From an uncultured Aliarcobacter sp. (lineage in GTDB: Bacteria; Campylobacterota; Campylobacteria; Campylobacterales; Arcobacteraceae), in the NCBI GenBank assembly GCA_963677435.1, contig OY781945.1, forward strand, positions 800,001 to 864,000: 64,000 nt of DNA. The letters run 5' to 3'. The notes under the pieces were generated by a model, which saw only the letters and a list, made by a program, of their open reading frames with translations, was not told the DNA's origin and did no database searches. Below are positions 11,040 through 21,046 of the stretch, piece after piece; position 1 is the first letter of the stretch, and the number at the start of each line of letters is the position of its first letter. Position numbers and translations under genes: made by a program.

Positions 11040-12302
11040 ATGATATTTTTTAGAGTTACACAAAATATAAATATTAAAACTACTGATGGAACTTTAGTTA
11101 ATTATTTTAAACTAAAAGGTCCATCAGAAATAGAAAATTCAACTATATATATTTCGACTTATGATGACTTTTTGGATTTAAAACAGATATTTGAAAAAAT
11201 TGATAAAGAGAAATACTCTATAAAAATACTTAATGAAGAAAAAGTAAGAGCATCAGATAATTTTCCTATTGAATTAGGAATTCCAAATCTTAATGAATAC
11301 AATTATAGAGAAAATTTTAATCAAAAAATTTTTCAAGATATTAAAAAAATAGATATTTACAAACAATTAATAAATATTAAAAAAGAAGAAATATCAATTG
11401 CTATTATTGGTGGAGTTGGCAAAAGTATTAGCGAAATAATTTCTTCTTGTACTGCTTTACGAATACTTTATAAAAAACTAAAAGATTTATACAAAAATAT
11501 TAAATTTGATATATATATTAATGCTTCAAATAATAGTTTTTATTCAAGAGATAAACAGATATATGAAACTCAAGATTATATAAGTAATATTTTCCCTTTG
11601 AGTATAAGTTCTAAAAAATTGTGCGAATATGATTATTTTATTGATAATAGTTTATCTATTAAATTTTTAGAATCAGATTCTTTAAATTATGTTGATGCTT
11701 GGCTTTTTAAATTTGGAATAGACTATAAAAAAATAAGTGAAAATGAAAAATATAATGAATTAAATATCTCAAATTATAAAGTTCAAGATAGTTTAAAAAA
11801 TAAATTAAAAGAAATAAAATCAAAAGGTAAATTACTCTTATTTCATCCATACTCTGCAAATATAAATAAATCAATTCCTCAAAATATTGCCATAGAGTTG
11901 TTAAAATCACTTCTTCTAAAAGATGAAGATTATATTATCGTTTCAACACTTTTAATTGATAATAAAATCAAAGATGATAGATTTATAGATTTAACAAAAG
12001 AGTCTAAAAATATAAATGATTTTATCTATATAATTTCTTCAATGGATAAAATAATTACGACAGATACTTCAACTTTTCATATTAGCGACGCTTTTATGAT
12101 TCCAACAATTGTTTTTTTTACCCAAAATGAGTATTTAAATAAAATAAAATATTTTAAATATATAAAACCAATTTTCGTAGAAGATAAATCTAAAAATCTT
12201 TCTAAATTTATTTATGATAATGATAACTTGACTATAAACAAATTTGAGTCTTGGAATAAATTAAAAGTAAATAAGATTATAAAACTATTAGATAATTTTT
12301 GA
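11040..12302 (+). CDS. Glycosyltransferase family 9 (heptosyltransferase)-like protein
   Basis: C-terminal LLFHPYSA...KSIP and IISSMDKIITTDTSTFHISDAFMIPTIVFF resemble the GT9 nucleotide-sugar-binding motif; N-terminus not recognised. Confidence 0.6.
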   Translation: MIFFRVTQNINIKTTDGTLVNYFKLKGPSEIENSTIYISTYDDFLDLKQIFEKIDKEKYSIKILNEEKVRASDNFPIELGIPNLNEYNYRENFNQKIFQDIKKIDIYKQLINIKKEEISIAIIGGVGKSISEIISSCTALRILYKKLKDLYKNIKFDIYINASNNSFYSRDKQIYETQDYISNIFPLSISSKKLCEYDYFIDNSLSIKFLESDSLNYVDAWLFKFGIDYKKISENEKYNELNISNYKVQDSLKNKLKEIKSKGKLLLFHPYSANINKSIPQNIAIELLKSLLLKDEDYIIVSTLLIDNKIKDDRFIDLTKESKNINDFIYIISSMDKIITTDTSTFHISDAFMIPTIVFFTQNEYLNKIKYFKYIKPIFVEDKSKNLSKFIYDNDNLTINKFESWNKLKVNKIIKLLDNF

Positions 12303-12308
12303 TATAAT
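12300..12308 (+). promoter_or_regulatory. Extended -10 promoter of purE operon
   Basis: TGATATAAT about 32 nt upstream of the purE ATG. Confidence 0.6.
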
Positions 12309-12340
12309 CTCGCACTTTTAAAAATTAAAAAAGGATTAAA

Positions 12341-12835
12341 ATGAATTTTATATCAATTATTATGGGTAGCAAATCAGATTACGAAATTATGAAAAATTGT
12401 GCAGATACTTTTGAAAAATTTAATGTTAAGTATGAGATGATTATATCATCAGCACATAGATCTCCAGAAAGAACTAAAGATTATGTTAAAGAAGCAGAAG
12501 AAAAAGGTGCAGTAGTATTTATAGCAGCTGCTGGAATGGCAGCTCACTTAGCTGGTGCATTAGCAGCAACTACAACTAAACCTATTATTGGTGTTCCTAT
12601 GAAAGGTGGCGCAATGGATGGTATGGATGCTATGCTTTCAACTGTTCAAATGCCAGCTGGTATGCCAGTTGCAACTGTTGCCCTTGGAAAATCTGGAGCA
12701 ATTAATGCAGCTTACTTAGCAATGCAAATTTTAGCAATTACAGATAAAGAATTATCTGTAAAACTCAAAGAAGACAGAATTGTAAAAGCAAAAGCTGTTG
12801 AGACTGATTCAAAAGAAATAGAAGTAATTTTATAA
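12341..12835 (+). CDS. purE: N5-carboxyaminoimidazole ribonucleotide mutase
   Basis: IMGSKSD, SAHRSPE, AGMAAHLAG, STVQMPAGMPVATV. Confidence 0.98.
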   Translation: MNFISIIMGSKSDYEIMKNCADTFEKFNVKYEMIISSAHRSPERTKDYVKEAEEKGAVVFIAAAGMAAHLAGALAATTTKPIIGVPMKGGAMDGMDAMLSTVQMPAGMPVATVALGKSGAINAAYLAMQILAITDKELSVKLKEDRIVKAKAVETDSKEIEVIL

Positions 12836-13068
12836 TGAAACCTGTTGCACTATTTACTATACCAAATTGTAAATGGTGCAAAGAGGCTAGTACTTACTTA
12901 AAAACTAAAAAGATAAAATACAACACGATAGATTTATCAAAAAATAAAGAAGCATTAAAAGATTGTCAAAAGCACAAATGTACAGGAGCACCTGTTATAT
13001 TAATAGGAAATGTATGGATTTGTGGTTTTGATAAAGATAAAATAAATAAAGAGTTAGGAATTAAATAA
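12835..13068 (+). CDS. Glutaredoxin/NrdH-like protein
   Basis: TIPNCKWC redox motif, [17 protein letters not shown] coupling on both sides. Confidence 0.88.
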   Translation: MKPVALFTIPNCKWCKEASTYLKTKKIKYNTIDLSKNKEALKDCQKHKCTGAPVILIGNVWICGFDKDKINKELGIK

Positions 13069-14006
13069 TGGTTACATTTTCGCAAATTCTATTAAAATTA
13101 CAAGAATTTTGGGCAAATCAAGGTTGTAATATTGTTCAACCTTATGATATTCCAGCCGGAGCTGGTACATTTCATCCAGCTACACTTCTAAGAAGCTTAG
13201 ACTCAACTCCTTGGAGTACAGCTTATGTGGCACCAAGTAGAAGACCAACTGATGGAAGATATGGAGAAAATCCAAATAGATTAGGCGCTTATTATCAATT
13301 CCAAGTATTAATAAAACCAAGTCCTGATAATATTCAAGACTTATATTTGCAATCTTTAGAATTTTTAGGTTTAGATATTTCAAAACATGATATAAGATTT
13401 GTTGAAGACAACTGGGAATCACCAACTCTTGGTGCTTGGGGACTTGGATGGGAAGTTTGGCTTGATGGTATGGAAGTTACTCAATTTACATATTTTCAAC
13501 AAGTTGGTGGATTAGCTTGTGATCCTGTTGCTGTTGAAATTACATATGGAACGGAAAGACTTGCAATGTATTTACAAGGCGTTGATTCAGTTTATGATAT
13601 TGTGTGGAATGAAAATAAATTTGGTAAAACAACTTATGGTGATGTTCATAAAGAGGGTGAATTTGAATTTTCTACATACAATTTTGAAGTAGCAAATACT
13701 GATATGTTATTTAAACATTTTGATGATGCTTTTAATGAGTGTAAATCATGTTTAAATGCAGCTCTTCCACTTCCTGCATACGATCAATGTATGATTGCAT
13801 CACATTCTTTTAATACTTTAGATGCAAGAAAAGCCATTTCAGTAACAGAGAGACAAAATTATATTTTAAAAGTGCGAGAATTAGCTCAAGGATGTGCTAT
13901 GCTGTACAAAGAGCAAGAGCCTGCAAGATTAGCTAGAATTGGAAGTCCTGCTTCTTTAAAAGCATTAGAAGAGTTAAAAGTAAAACATCCTGAATTATTT
14001 GTTTAG
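13068..14006 (+). CDS. glyQ: Glycine--tRNA ligase alpha subunit
   Basis: [39 protein letters not shown]. Confidence 0.99.
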   Translation: MVTFSQILLKLQEFWANQGCNIVQPYDIPAGAGTFHPATLLRSLDSTPWSTAYVAPSRRPTDGRYGENPNRLGAYYQFQVLIKPSPDNIQDLYLQSLEFLGLDISKHDIRFVEDNWESPTLGAWGLGWEVWLDGMEVTQFTYFQQVGGLACDPVAVEITYGTERLAMYLQGVDSVYDIVWNENKFGKTTYGDVHKEGEFEFSTYNFEVANTDMLFKHFDDAFNECKSCLNAALPLPAYDQCMIASHSFNTLDARKAISVTERQNYILKVRELAQGCAMLYKEQEPARLARIGSPASLKALEELKVKHPELFV

Positions 14007-14015
14007 GAGTTTAAT

Positions 14016-14771
14016 TTGAAACTGCAAGAAATATATGATGTTTTAAATAAAATATCACCATTTGAGCTTCAGGAAAAATGGGACAACTCAGGAATTCTTG
14101 TAGGTTCATTATCAGATGAAATTGAAAATATTTATATTAGTATTGATTTGGATGAAGAGTTATTAGCAAAAGTAGAAAAAAATTCTTTAATAATTACTCA
14201 TCATCCTTTGATCTTTTCAGGTTTAAAAAAAGTAAATTTTGATACATATAGTACAAAATTGTTAAAAGAGTTAATAAAAAAAGATATTTCATTAATTTCA
14301 ATGCACACAAATATTGATAAAACACATTTAAACAAATATGTAACAGAAGATATACTTGGATTTAAAATAGATAATACTAATGAGTTTATATCTTATTGTG
14401 AAGTAAATATGAATTTTAATGAACTAGTAAAACATGTTTCATCTAAATTGGCTTTAAAAATTACCAAAACAGTTAGATGTAATGATTTTATTAAAAAAAT
14501 AGGAGTTGTTACGGGTTCGGGAATGTCATTAATCAATGAATTAAAGGCTGATTGTTTCTTAACAGGTGATATAAAATATCATGATGCAATGGAAGCAAAA
14601 GCTAGAAGTATTTCACTTATTGACATCAGACACTATGAGAGTGAAAGATACTTCAGTACCTTAGTAGAGGGGCTTCTTTCAGAATATTTGAAAAAAAATA
14701 AATTAAAAGCTATAATAACAGCTTCAAAAAATCCATTTGAGTTTTTTATAGAAGGAGAAACGGTTGAATAA
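14016..14771 (+). CDS. Nif3-like dinuclear metal centre protein
   Basis: WDNSG, ITHHPL, MHTNID, TGDIKYH, HYESE. Confidence 0.93.
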   Translation: MKLQEIYDVLNKISPFELQEKWDNSGILVGSLSDEIENIYISIDLDEELLAKVEKNSLIITHHPLIFSGLKKVNFDTYSTKLLKELIKKDISLISMHTNIDKTHLNKYVTEDILGFKIDNTNEFISYCEVNMNFNELVKHVSSKLALKITKTVRCNDFIKKIGVVTGSGMSLINELKADCFLTGDIKYHDAMEAKARSISLIDIRHYESERYFSTLVEGLLSEYLKKNKLKAIITASKNPFEFFIEGETVE

Positions 14772-15483
14772 GTATTTAGAGGATTTAATCAAATTATCAA
14801 AATTTGATACAGCAATTAGTATGTTTGAACCAAAAATTGAGAATGAAAAAGCTAAATTAGCTACATTTGTTGAAACAGCAGCCTCAATTAAAGCATCAAT
14901 TAATTCAATTTATTTAGAAATTGATGATGTAAAATCAAAAAGAACAAAAAACAATATTCACTTAGCTGAATTAAAAACTAAGTTAGACAATATTGCTAAA
15001 AAGAACAAAGATGTTCATAATGAAAAAGAGTTAAAAGCTTTACAATTAGAAGAAGAAATTGCAAAAGAGCAAATTTCATTTGCAAATGAAGAGATTGAAA
15101 GATTAGATACTCTTACAAAAAATAAAGAAGTTACTTTAAAAGAGTTACAAGAAAAATTAGCTGTAGAAGAAGAAGATATAAAAGAAATCCAAGTTGCAGT
15201 TGATTCTACAATTGAAGAGATTAATAAAGATAGAAATGTTGTATATCAAGAAAGAAGTGAATTATTAGAAAAATTTGATAATAAAATTTTAACTTTTTAT
15301 GAAAAAATCAAAAGATGGGCAAAAGATTCAGCTGTAGTTCCTGTAAAAAAACAAGCATGTTATGGATGTTATATGAAAATTAATGATAAAACTTATGCAG
15401 AAGTTATTAAAGCAGAAGAGATTGTTAATTGTCCACATTGTGGAAGAATCCTTTATAAAGAAGATGAAATAGAAGAGGCTTAA
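14764..15483 (+). CDS. Coiled-coil C4 zinc-ribbon protein (HP0958/FlgZ-like)
   Basis: Long coiled coil followed by CYGC...CPHCGRILY; conserved nif3-Zn ribbon-waaA order. Confidence 0.9.
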   Translation: MNKYLEDLIKLSKFDTAISMFEPKIENEKAKLATFVETAASIKASINSIYLEIDDVKSKRTKNNIHLAELKTKLDNIAKKNKDVHNEKELKALQLEEEIAKEQISFANEEIERLDTLTKNKEVTLKELQEKLAVEEEDIKEIQVAVDSTIEEINKDRNVVYQERSELLEKFDNKILTFYEKIKRWAKDSAVVPVKKQACYGCYMKINDKTYAEVIKAEEIVNCPHCGRILYKEDEIEEA

Positions 15484-15485
15484 TC

Positions 15486-16634
15486 TTGAGCCCTTTTAGT
15501 ATATTTTACTACTTAATATTAAGTTTTATTTATATACTTGCAATTCCTTATTTAATATTTAAGTCAAAAAACCATAAATATAGACAAGCAATTCCCGCAA
15601 AATTTTTCTTAAGAAATAATTGTAAATTTAAAGAAAATGGTATTTGGTTTCACTCGTGTTCTATGGGTGAAACAAAAGCTATCAAACCTTTGATTGAAAA
15701 TTATTTGAATGATGCAAATATTTCTGTTATTACAAATACAGGATTTGAAGAAGCTAAAAAAATATCTTCAAATGTAAGATATTTGCCATTTGAAATATTT
15801 TTACCATTTTGGATAAATAAACAAAAAGTTTTAGTTGTAATGGAAGCGGAACTTTGGTATCTACTTTTTTTGATAGCAAAGAAAAAAGGTGCAAAAACTT
15901 TATTAATTAATGCAAGAATTTCAGATAGATCTTATAAATCATATAAAAGATTTTCTTTTTTATACAAAAGAATATTTAAAAATATTGATAAAGTTTTTGC
16001 ACAAAGTTTGACAGATAAACAAAGACTTGAAGAATTGGGTGCTTCTAATGTTGAAGTTATTGGAAATATAAAATTAGCACAGTTACCAAAAGTGAATATT
16101 AGTTTTGAAAAACCAAATGGTATTTTAATAACAGCTGCTAGTACTCATGAAAATGAGGAAAAATTAATTTTAGATGCTTATAAAACACAGCAAGGTAAAT
16201 TAGTAATAGTTCCAAGACATCCAGAGAGATTTGATAAAGTTGATTTACTTATTAAAGAGTATATTAAAAATAAAGATATTTCATATCATAGATATTCTTC
16301 AAAAGAGGATTTTGAATCTGATATAATATTAGTTGATAAAATGGGAATACTAAATGATATTTATGCAATATCAGATGTAGTAATTCTTGGTGGTGCATTT
16401 GAAAAAATTGGTGGGCATAATCCAGTTGAGCCTGCTTTTTTTAATTGTAAGATTATTAGTGGTAAAAATATATTTAATCAAAAATCTCTTTTTGATTGTA
16501 TAAAAAATTACTATTTAATACAAAATGATGAATTAGGCAATTATTTAAATAATATAAAAAATTTAGAAAAACCTATACTAACAAAAGCAGGTTCTATAGA
16601 ACCTATAATAAAGGAGATAAACAGATGGCTGTAA
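15486..16634 (+). CDS. waaA: 3-deoxy-D-manno-octulosonic acid (Kdo) transferase
   Basis: IWFHSCSMGE, EAELW, INARISDRS, VPRHPERF, GGHNPVEPA. Confidence 0.96.
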   Translation: MSPFSIFYYLILSFIYILAIPYLIFKSKNHKYRQAIPAKFFLRNNCKFKENGIWFHSCSMGETKAIKPLIENYLNDANISVITNTGFEEAKKISSNVRYLPFEIFLPFWINKQKVLVVMEAELWYLLFLIAKKKGAKTLLINARISDRSYKSYKRFSFLYKRIFKNIDKVFAQSLTDKQRLEELGASNVEVIGNIKLAQLPKVNISFEKPNGILITAASTHENEEKLILDAYKTQQGKLVIVPRHPERFDKVDLLIKEYIKNKDISYHRYSSKEDFESDIILVDKMGILNDIYAISDVVILGGAFEKIGGHNPVEPAFFNCKIISGKNIFNQKSLFDCIKNYYLIQNDELGNYLNNIKNLEKPILTKAGSIEPIIKEINRWL

Positions 16635-17383
16635 CTTATGATAAAGCGTACAAACTATTAGCACTACAAGAAAATATATCAAACTCAAAGGCAAAAGAGT
16701 TAATTGATAGAGGTGTTGTAAAAGTTGGTGAGCAAAAGGTTTTAATTGCACGTGGTGAAATTAGAAGTGATACAAAATTTAATATTAAAGAGATTTCAAA
16801 AATAAGAGTAATTTTTGAAGACAATGATATTTTAGTAGTTGATAAACCAGCATTTTTAACTGCTGATGATGTTGCAAAAAAATATGAAAAAGCAATTTTA
16901 TTAAACAGACTTGATAAAGAAACAAGTGGTGTAATGATGTTTGCAAAAAATGAAGAATTTCAAAAAAAAGCAATCAAAGAATTCCAAGCAAATAGAGTTT
17001 ACAAAGAGTATGTAGCTATTGTTGAGGGTAAAGTTGTTGATGAAATAGAGATTGATAAACCAATTCTAACTACAAAAGATAGAGGAATGGCAAAATCAAA
17101 AATTGATTTAAAAAGAGGAAAACCAGCAAAAAGTACAGTTTATCCTGTATTAGTTGAGGGTAATAAATCAAAAATTAAAGTTGTTATTGAATCAGGTAGA
17201 ACTCATCAAATTAGAGTTCATCTAAATTCAGTTGGATTACCTATAATTGGTGATGCAATTTATGGAAGAACAGCTTCAAATATAAATAGAGTTTTACTTC
17301 ATTCAAAAATTACAAAAATCTTTGATTATGTTTTTGAATCAAAAGAACCAAAAGAATTTAAAGTGTATGACTTTAATTCATAA
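16625..17383 (+). CDS. RluA-family RNA pseudouridine synthase with S4 domain
   Basis: VVDKPA, RLDKETSG, GRTHQIRVH, PIIGDAIYG. Confidence 0.93.
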   Translation: MAVTYDKAYKLLALQENISNSKAKELIDRGVVKVGEQKVLIARGEIRSDTKFNIKEISKIRVIFEDNDILVVDKPAFLTADDVAKKYEKAILLNRLDKETSGVMMFAKNEEFQKKAIKEFQANRVYKEYVAIVEGKVVDEIEIDKPILTTKDRGMAKSKIDLKRGKPAKSTVYPVLVEGNKSKIKVVIESGRTHQIRVHLNSVGLPIIGDAIYGRTASNINRVLLHSKITKIFDYVFESKEPKEFKVYDFNS

Positions 17384-17398
17384 TTAAGTTTAGATAAA

Positions 17399-17428
17399 TA
17401 GTAAAACCCTATATTTAGGGATTTACTA
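17399..17428. terminator. Hairpin after RluA-family gene, probable terminator
   Basis: TAGTAAAACCCTA-tatt-TAGGGATTTACTA, 12 of 13 positions paired. Confidence 0.5.
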
Positions 17429-17531
17429 AAAATATAAATATAAAAATTTACTTAAACTACTTCAAAATTTAATCTAAAATAAAGCATATTTAAAGTAAAA
17501 TCACGCAATTTAAAAATTGTGGAGATTTACT

Positions 17532-18884
17532 TTGTTTGATTCAATAACCGGCTCAATTCGAAATGCAGTTAACAAAATAAGACATCAAGATGATGTTGCA
17601 GCTTTAACAAAAGCAACAGCAGAACTAAAAAAAGCTTTATTAAAAGCTGATGTACATCATAAAACTACAAAAGAATTAATAGCAGCTATTGAACTACAAA
17701 CAAAAAATGCAGGTATTGGGCAAGACTCATTTTTAAGAGCTTTAAAAAGTGAATTAACAAAACTTTTAACTGTTCCTGGAAACCAAGGTTTTGTTTTCTC
17801 TTCTACTCCTCCAACAACAATTTTAATGACAGGACTTCAAGGTTCTGGAAAAACTACAACAACAGGAAAATTAGCAAACTACTTAAAAACTAGAAAGAAA
17901 AAAGTTTTAGTAGCAGCTTGTGATTTACAAAGACTAGCAGCAGTTGAGCAATTAAAACAAATTGCAGCTCAAATTGAAGTAGATATTTACTTTGATGATG
18001 TAGAAACTGACCCAATTAAAATTGCCCTTGCAGCTAAAGCAAAAGCAGTTAAAGAGCATTATGATGTTTTATTAATAGATACAGCTGGACGACTTGCAAT
18101 TGATGAAGAGTTAATGCTTCAATTAAAAAATGTAAAAGATGCAATTAATCCAAATGAAATCTTTTATGTGGCAGATGCATTAACAGGACATGACGCTACA
18201 AAAACAGCAACAACTTTTAAAGAAAAAATAGGAATTGATGGAGTTATTTTATCAAAATATGATGGTGATACTAAAGGTGGAGTTGCACTTTCTATTGCTA
18301 ATCAAGTTGAAGTTCCATTAAGATTTATTGGAACTGGTGAAAAAATGCCAGATTTAGAAGTATTTATTCCTGATAGAATTGTTTCAAGATTATTAGGTCT
18401 TGGAGATATTGAAGGACTTGCTGAAAAAACTTCTGCAATCATCGATGAGAAAAAAGCAAAAGAAGTTAGTAAAAAGATTAAAAAAGGTGAGTTTAATTTT
18501 AATGACTTTTTAGATCAACTTTCAATGATGAGTAAATTAGGTTCAATGAAATCTATTATTGGAATGATTCCAGGTCTTTCACAAATGGCAGGACCAATCA
18601 AAGATATGGATTTTGAGAATTCAACTGAGATTAAAAGAATTAAAGCTCTGATTGGTTCTATGACTCCAAAAGAGAGAGAAAACCCTGATTTAATGAATCC
18701 AAGCAGAAAAAAAAGAATTGCTGTTGGTTCTGGACTTTCAGAAGTTCAAATCAATAAAATTTTGAAACAATTTAAAAATGCTTCAAAAATGGCAAAACAA
18801 CTTTCTTCTAAGGGCGGAATGAAAGGTTTACAAAATATGTTGTCTCAAATGGGACCTGGTGGGATGCCAAAAATCCCAAGATAA
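17532..18884 (+). CDS. ffh: Signal recognition particle protein
   Basis: GLQGSGKTTT, DTAGR, M domain; start moved to TTG 17532 after GGAG (17521). Confidence 0.98.
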   Translation: MFDSITGSIRNAVNKIRHQDDVAALTKATAELKKALLKADVHHKTTKELIAAIELQTKNAGIGQDSFLRALKSELTKLLTVPGNQGFVFSSTPPTTILMTGLQGSGKTTTTGKLANYLKTRKKKVLVAACDLQRLAAVEQLKQIAAQIEVDIYFDDVETDPIKIALAAKAKAVKEHYDVLLIDTAGRLAIDEELMLQLKNVKDAINPNEIFYVADALTGHDATKTATTFKEKIGIDGVILSKYDGDTKGGVALSIANQVEVPLRFIGTGEKMPDLEVFIPDRIVSRLLGLGDIEGLAEKTSAIIDEKKAKEVSKKIKKGEFNFNDFLDQLSMMSKLGSMKSIIGMIPGLSQMAGPIKDMDFENSTEIKRIKALIGSMTPKERENPDLMNPSRKKRIAVGSGLSEVQINKILKQFKNASKMAKQLSSKGGMKGLQNMLSQMGPGGMPKIPR

Positions 18885-18893
18885 AAATATTAA

Positions 18894-18952
18894 ATAGTGT
18901 TGAGCTGTGAACTTTTAACTTTCATGTTTTGGAGTTCAGAATTCAATACTAT
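18894..18952 (+). promoter_or_regulatory. Long intergenic RNA hairpin upstream of rpsP
   Basis: ATAGTGTTGA/TCAATACTAT outer stem and TGAACT/AGTTCA inner stem, with G-U pairs on the + strand. Confidence 0.5.
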
Positions 18953-18973
18953 AATCAAAAAAGGAAAGAAAAC

Positions 18974-19201
18974 ATGACAGTAATTAGATTAACAAGAATG
19001 GGAAGAAACAAAAAACCATTTTATAGAATCGTTGTAACAGATTCAAGAAAAAGAAGAGATTCAGGATGGATTGAATCAATTGGTTATTTCAACCCAGTTG
19101 TTGAGCCAAAAGTATTAAAAATAGATGAAGAAAGATATAACTATTGGTTAAGTGTTGGTGCTAAACCATCTGAAAAAGTTAAAAAATTAGCTTCTAAATA
19201 A
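18974..19201 (+). CDS. rpsP: 30S ribosomal protein S16
   Basis: [25 protein letters not shown]; start moved to ATG 18974 after AAGGA. Confidence 0.98.
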   Translation: MTVIRLTRMGRNKKPFYRIVVTDSRKRRDSGWIESIGYFNPVVEPKVLKIDEERYNYWLSVGAKPSEKVKKLASK

Positions 19202-19219
19202 TTATAATTAGAAAATAAT

Positions 19220-19459
19220 ATGATTACTAAATTTATAGAAAACTATGCAAAACTAATTGTAAGTGTTCCTGAAGATGTTACTATTACAAAAGAATTAATT
19301 GATGATAATTTTGCTGAAATTATTATTAGTGTAAACAGTGTTGATATTGGCAAACTTATTGGTAAAAATGGAAATATGATTAATGCTTTAAAAACTATGG
19401 CAAATGGTTGTAAGGCAAAAGATGGTGTTTCATACAAAATACAAGTAGTGGTGAAATAG
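19220..19459 (+). CDS. khpA: KH-domain RNA-binding protein
   Basis: DIGKLIGKNG GxxG KH motif; between rpsP and rimM. Confidence 0.9.
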   Translation: MITKFIENYAKLIVSVPEDVTITKELIDDNFAEIIISVNSVDIGKLIGKNGNMINALKTMANGCKAKDGVSYKIQVVVK

Positions 19460-19999
19460 TTGTCTATGAATAGTGGTGATATATTTGTAGCTAAGTTAGG
19501 AAAAGCTGTTGGATTACAAGGTCATTTAAGACTTTTTATGGATACAGATTTTCCTGAGCAATTTAAAAAAGGTGCTGTTTTTAAAACTAATAAGAAATTA
19601 GAACTAAAAGTAGCTGAATATAATACTTCTCGAGAATTAATAAAATTTGAAAATTTTGATGATCTCGAAACTGCTAAAATACTAACAAATCAAGAACTAT
19701 ATTCTACTATTGAGCAAACAAAACAGAATTGTAAATTAAAAAAGAATGAATTCTTTTGGTTTGATTTAATCTCTTGTAATGTTTATGAAAATGACTTATT
19801 GTTAGGTCAGGTTAAAGAGATACAAAGATATCCTTTAAATGATTATCTTGAAATTCAAACTTCTGATGAACTTGTTGAAAAAGGTCATCCAAAAGTATTT
19901 TTAATACCTCATATCTTTGATAAATACGTTTTAAGTATAGAAATCAATGATAAAAGAATTGAAGTAAAAGATTCACTAATTATTTTAGAAAACTCTTAA
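19460..19999 (+). CDS. rimM: Ribosome maturation factor RimM
   Basis: GKAVGLQG, EFFWFDLI, FLIP motifs; operon position (start 19460 TTG or 19466 ATG). Confidence 0.95.
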   Translation: MSMNSGDIFVAKLGKAVGLQGHLRLFMDTDFPEQFKKGAVFKTNKKLELKVAEYNTSRELIKFENFDDLETAKILTNQELYSTIEQTKQNCKLKKNEFFWFDLISCNVYENDLLLGQVKEIQRYPLNDYLEIQTSDELVEKGHPKVFLIPHIFDKYVLSIEINDKRIEVKDSLIILENS

Positions 20000-20000
20000 A

Positions 20001-21035
20001 TTAATAGTTGCATCTTTTATTATACTCATCTTGAGTAAGTTCTAATTCATATGCTTCATTAAATTTATTATTAACCAATTTATTCAATAATTCAGTTCTA
20101 TCTTCATTCTTTTCAAATGGACCATAATATAATTCAATTCTATTCTGATCATCTCTACATAGTTTAATTGTAGGATTGATTTTAGTTAGTTTATCAAGAT
20201 ATTTTTTATATAAAACACCTTTTATTTTTGCAACATTAATTAACATTAAAAACTCATTTTTACTTGCTACTTTAACAGAATTATCATTTGAATCTTCAAT
20301 TTTATTTTCATCTGGATTTATTCTAACCTTAGAAGAATCATTTGGTGTAATTTTTTCTTCTATTGATGTAATTGCTTCTTGAACATGAGGGTCTTTTGTA
20401 TTAGATAACTCTTCTTTTAGCTTTAATGCTTCTTGCTTCATAGCTTCAAGTTGTGCTTTTTGTTTTTCTAATTCTTGCTTTTTTTCTTCTAATTCAGTTT
20501 TTTGTTTTAAAAGTTCATCTTCTTTTTGTTTTAAAAGTTCATCTTCTTTTTGTTTTTGTTCAGCAATTAATTTTTCTTCATTAGCTTTTTTCTCTAATTC
20601 TTCAATTTTATCACTATTTAAATTTGCATTAGTTAGATTTGCTAATTGTTCATTTAATTTTTTTGAATTAATATCTTTTATATCAAATTTATATGTATCT
20701 TGAGCTGGTTCAATTTTCTGAACAGTTTGTTCCTCTATAGGTTTTTCAATTTGCTTTATCTCTTTAGGTTGAAAAAAGCCAGTAAAATATAAAACTGCTC
20801 CAATAATCAATAGTAAAAATAAAAGACCTATAATTCCAAATAATATTTTTAGTAAAATACTTTTTTTGGGTTTTACGAACTCTTCTTTTATCTCAATTGG
20901 AGGTTCATTATTATCTTCAATATTTTCACTTAATTCTGAATCTGCACTTGAAGTTGTTTCTTCATCTTCACCAGAAGAGTAATTTTTTGTAGTATAATTT
21001 ATATTTTCAGTATCTATAGCTTTTTCATCTGGCAT
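20001..21035 (-). CDS. Bitopic membrane protein: acidic N-terminus, one TM, coiled coil, C-terminal SPOR-like domain
   Basis: TM ILLKILFGIIGLLFLLLIIGAVLYF; E/K/Q heptads; C-terminal IELYYGPFE...AY resembles the SPOR GPF motif. Confidence 0.6.
   Translation of the reverse strand: MPDEKAIDTENINYTTKNYSSGEDEETTSSADSELSENIEDNNEPPIEIKEEFVKPKKSILLKILFGIIGLLFLLLIIGAVLYFTGFFQPKEIKQIEKPIEEQTVQKIEPAQDTYKFDIKDINSKKLNEQLANLTNANLNSDKIEELEKKANEEKLIAEQKQKEDELLKQKEDELLKQKTELEEKKQELEKQKAQLEAMKQEALKLKEELSNTKDPHVQEAITSIEEKITPNDSSKVRINPDENKIEDSNDNSVKVASKNEFLMLINVAKIKGVLYKKYLDKLTKINPTIKLCRDDQNRIELYYGPFEKNEDRTELLNKLVNNKFNEAYELELTQDEYNKRCNY
20499..20556. repeat. 24-bp in-frame tandem repeat (~2.4 copies) encoding QKEDELLK
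   Basis: TTTTTGTTTTAAAAGTTCATCTTC at 20499 and 20523 plus a partial copy at 20547. Confidence 0.85.
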
Positions 21036-21046
21036 TGTTTACTCTT

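Noticed and set aside
14764..15483. FlgZ/HP0958-like gene as evidence for sigma54-controlled flagellar genes
   Set aside because: The family is widespread in this conserved nif3-waaA context regardless of RpoN, and no sigma54 motif was seen in the flagellar cluster.
20499..20556. Direct repeats as a possible CRISPR or mobile-element trace
   Set aside because: No spacers; an in-frame coiled-coil duplication. No cas, transposase or integrase gene is in the window.
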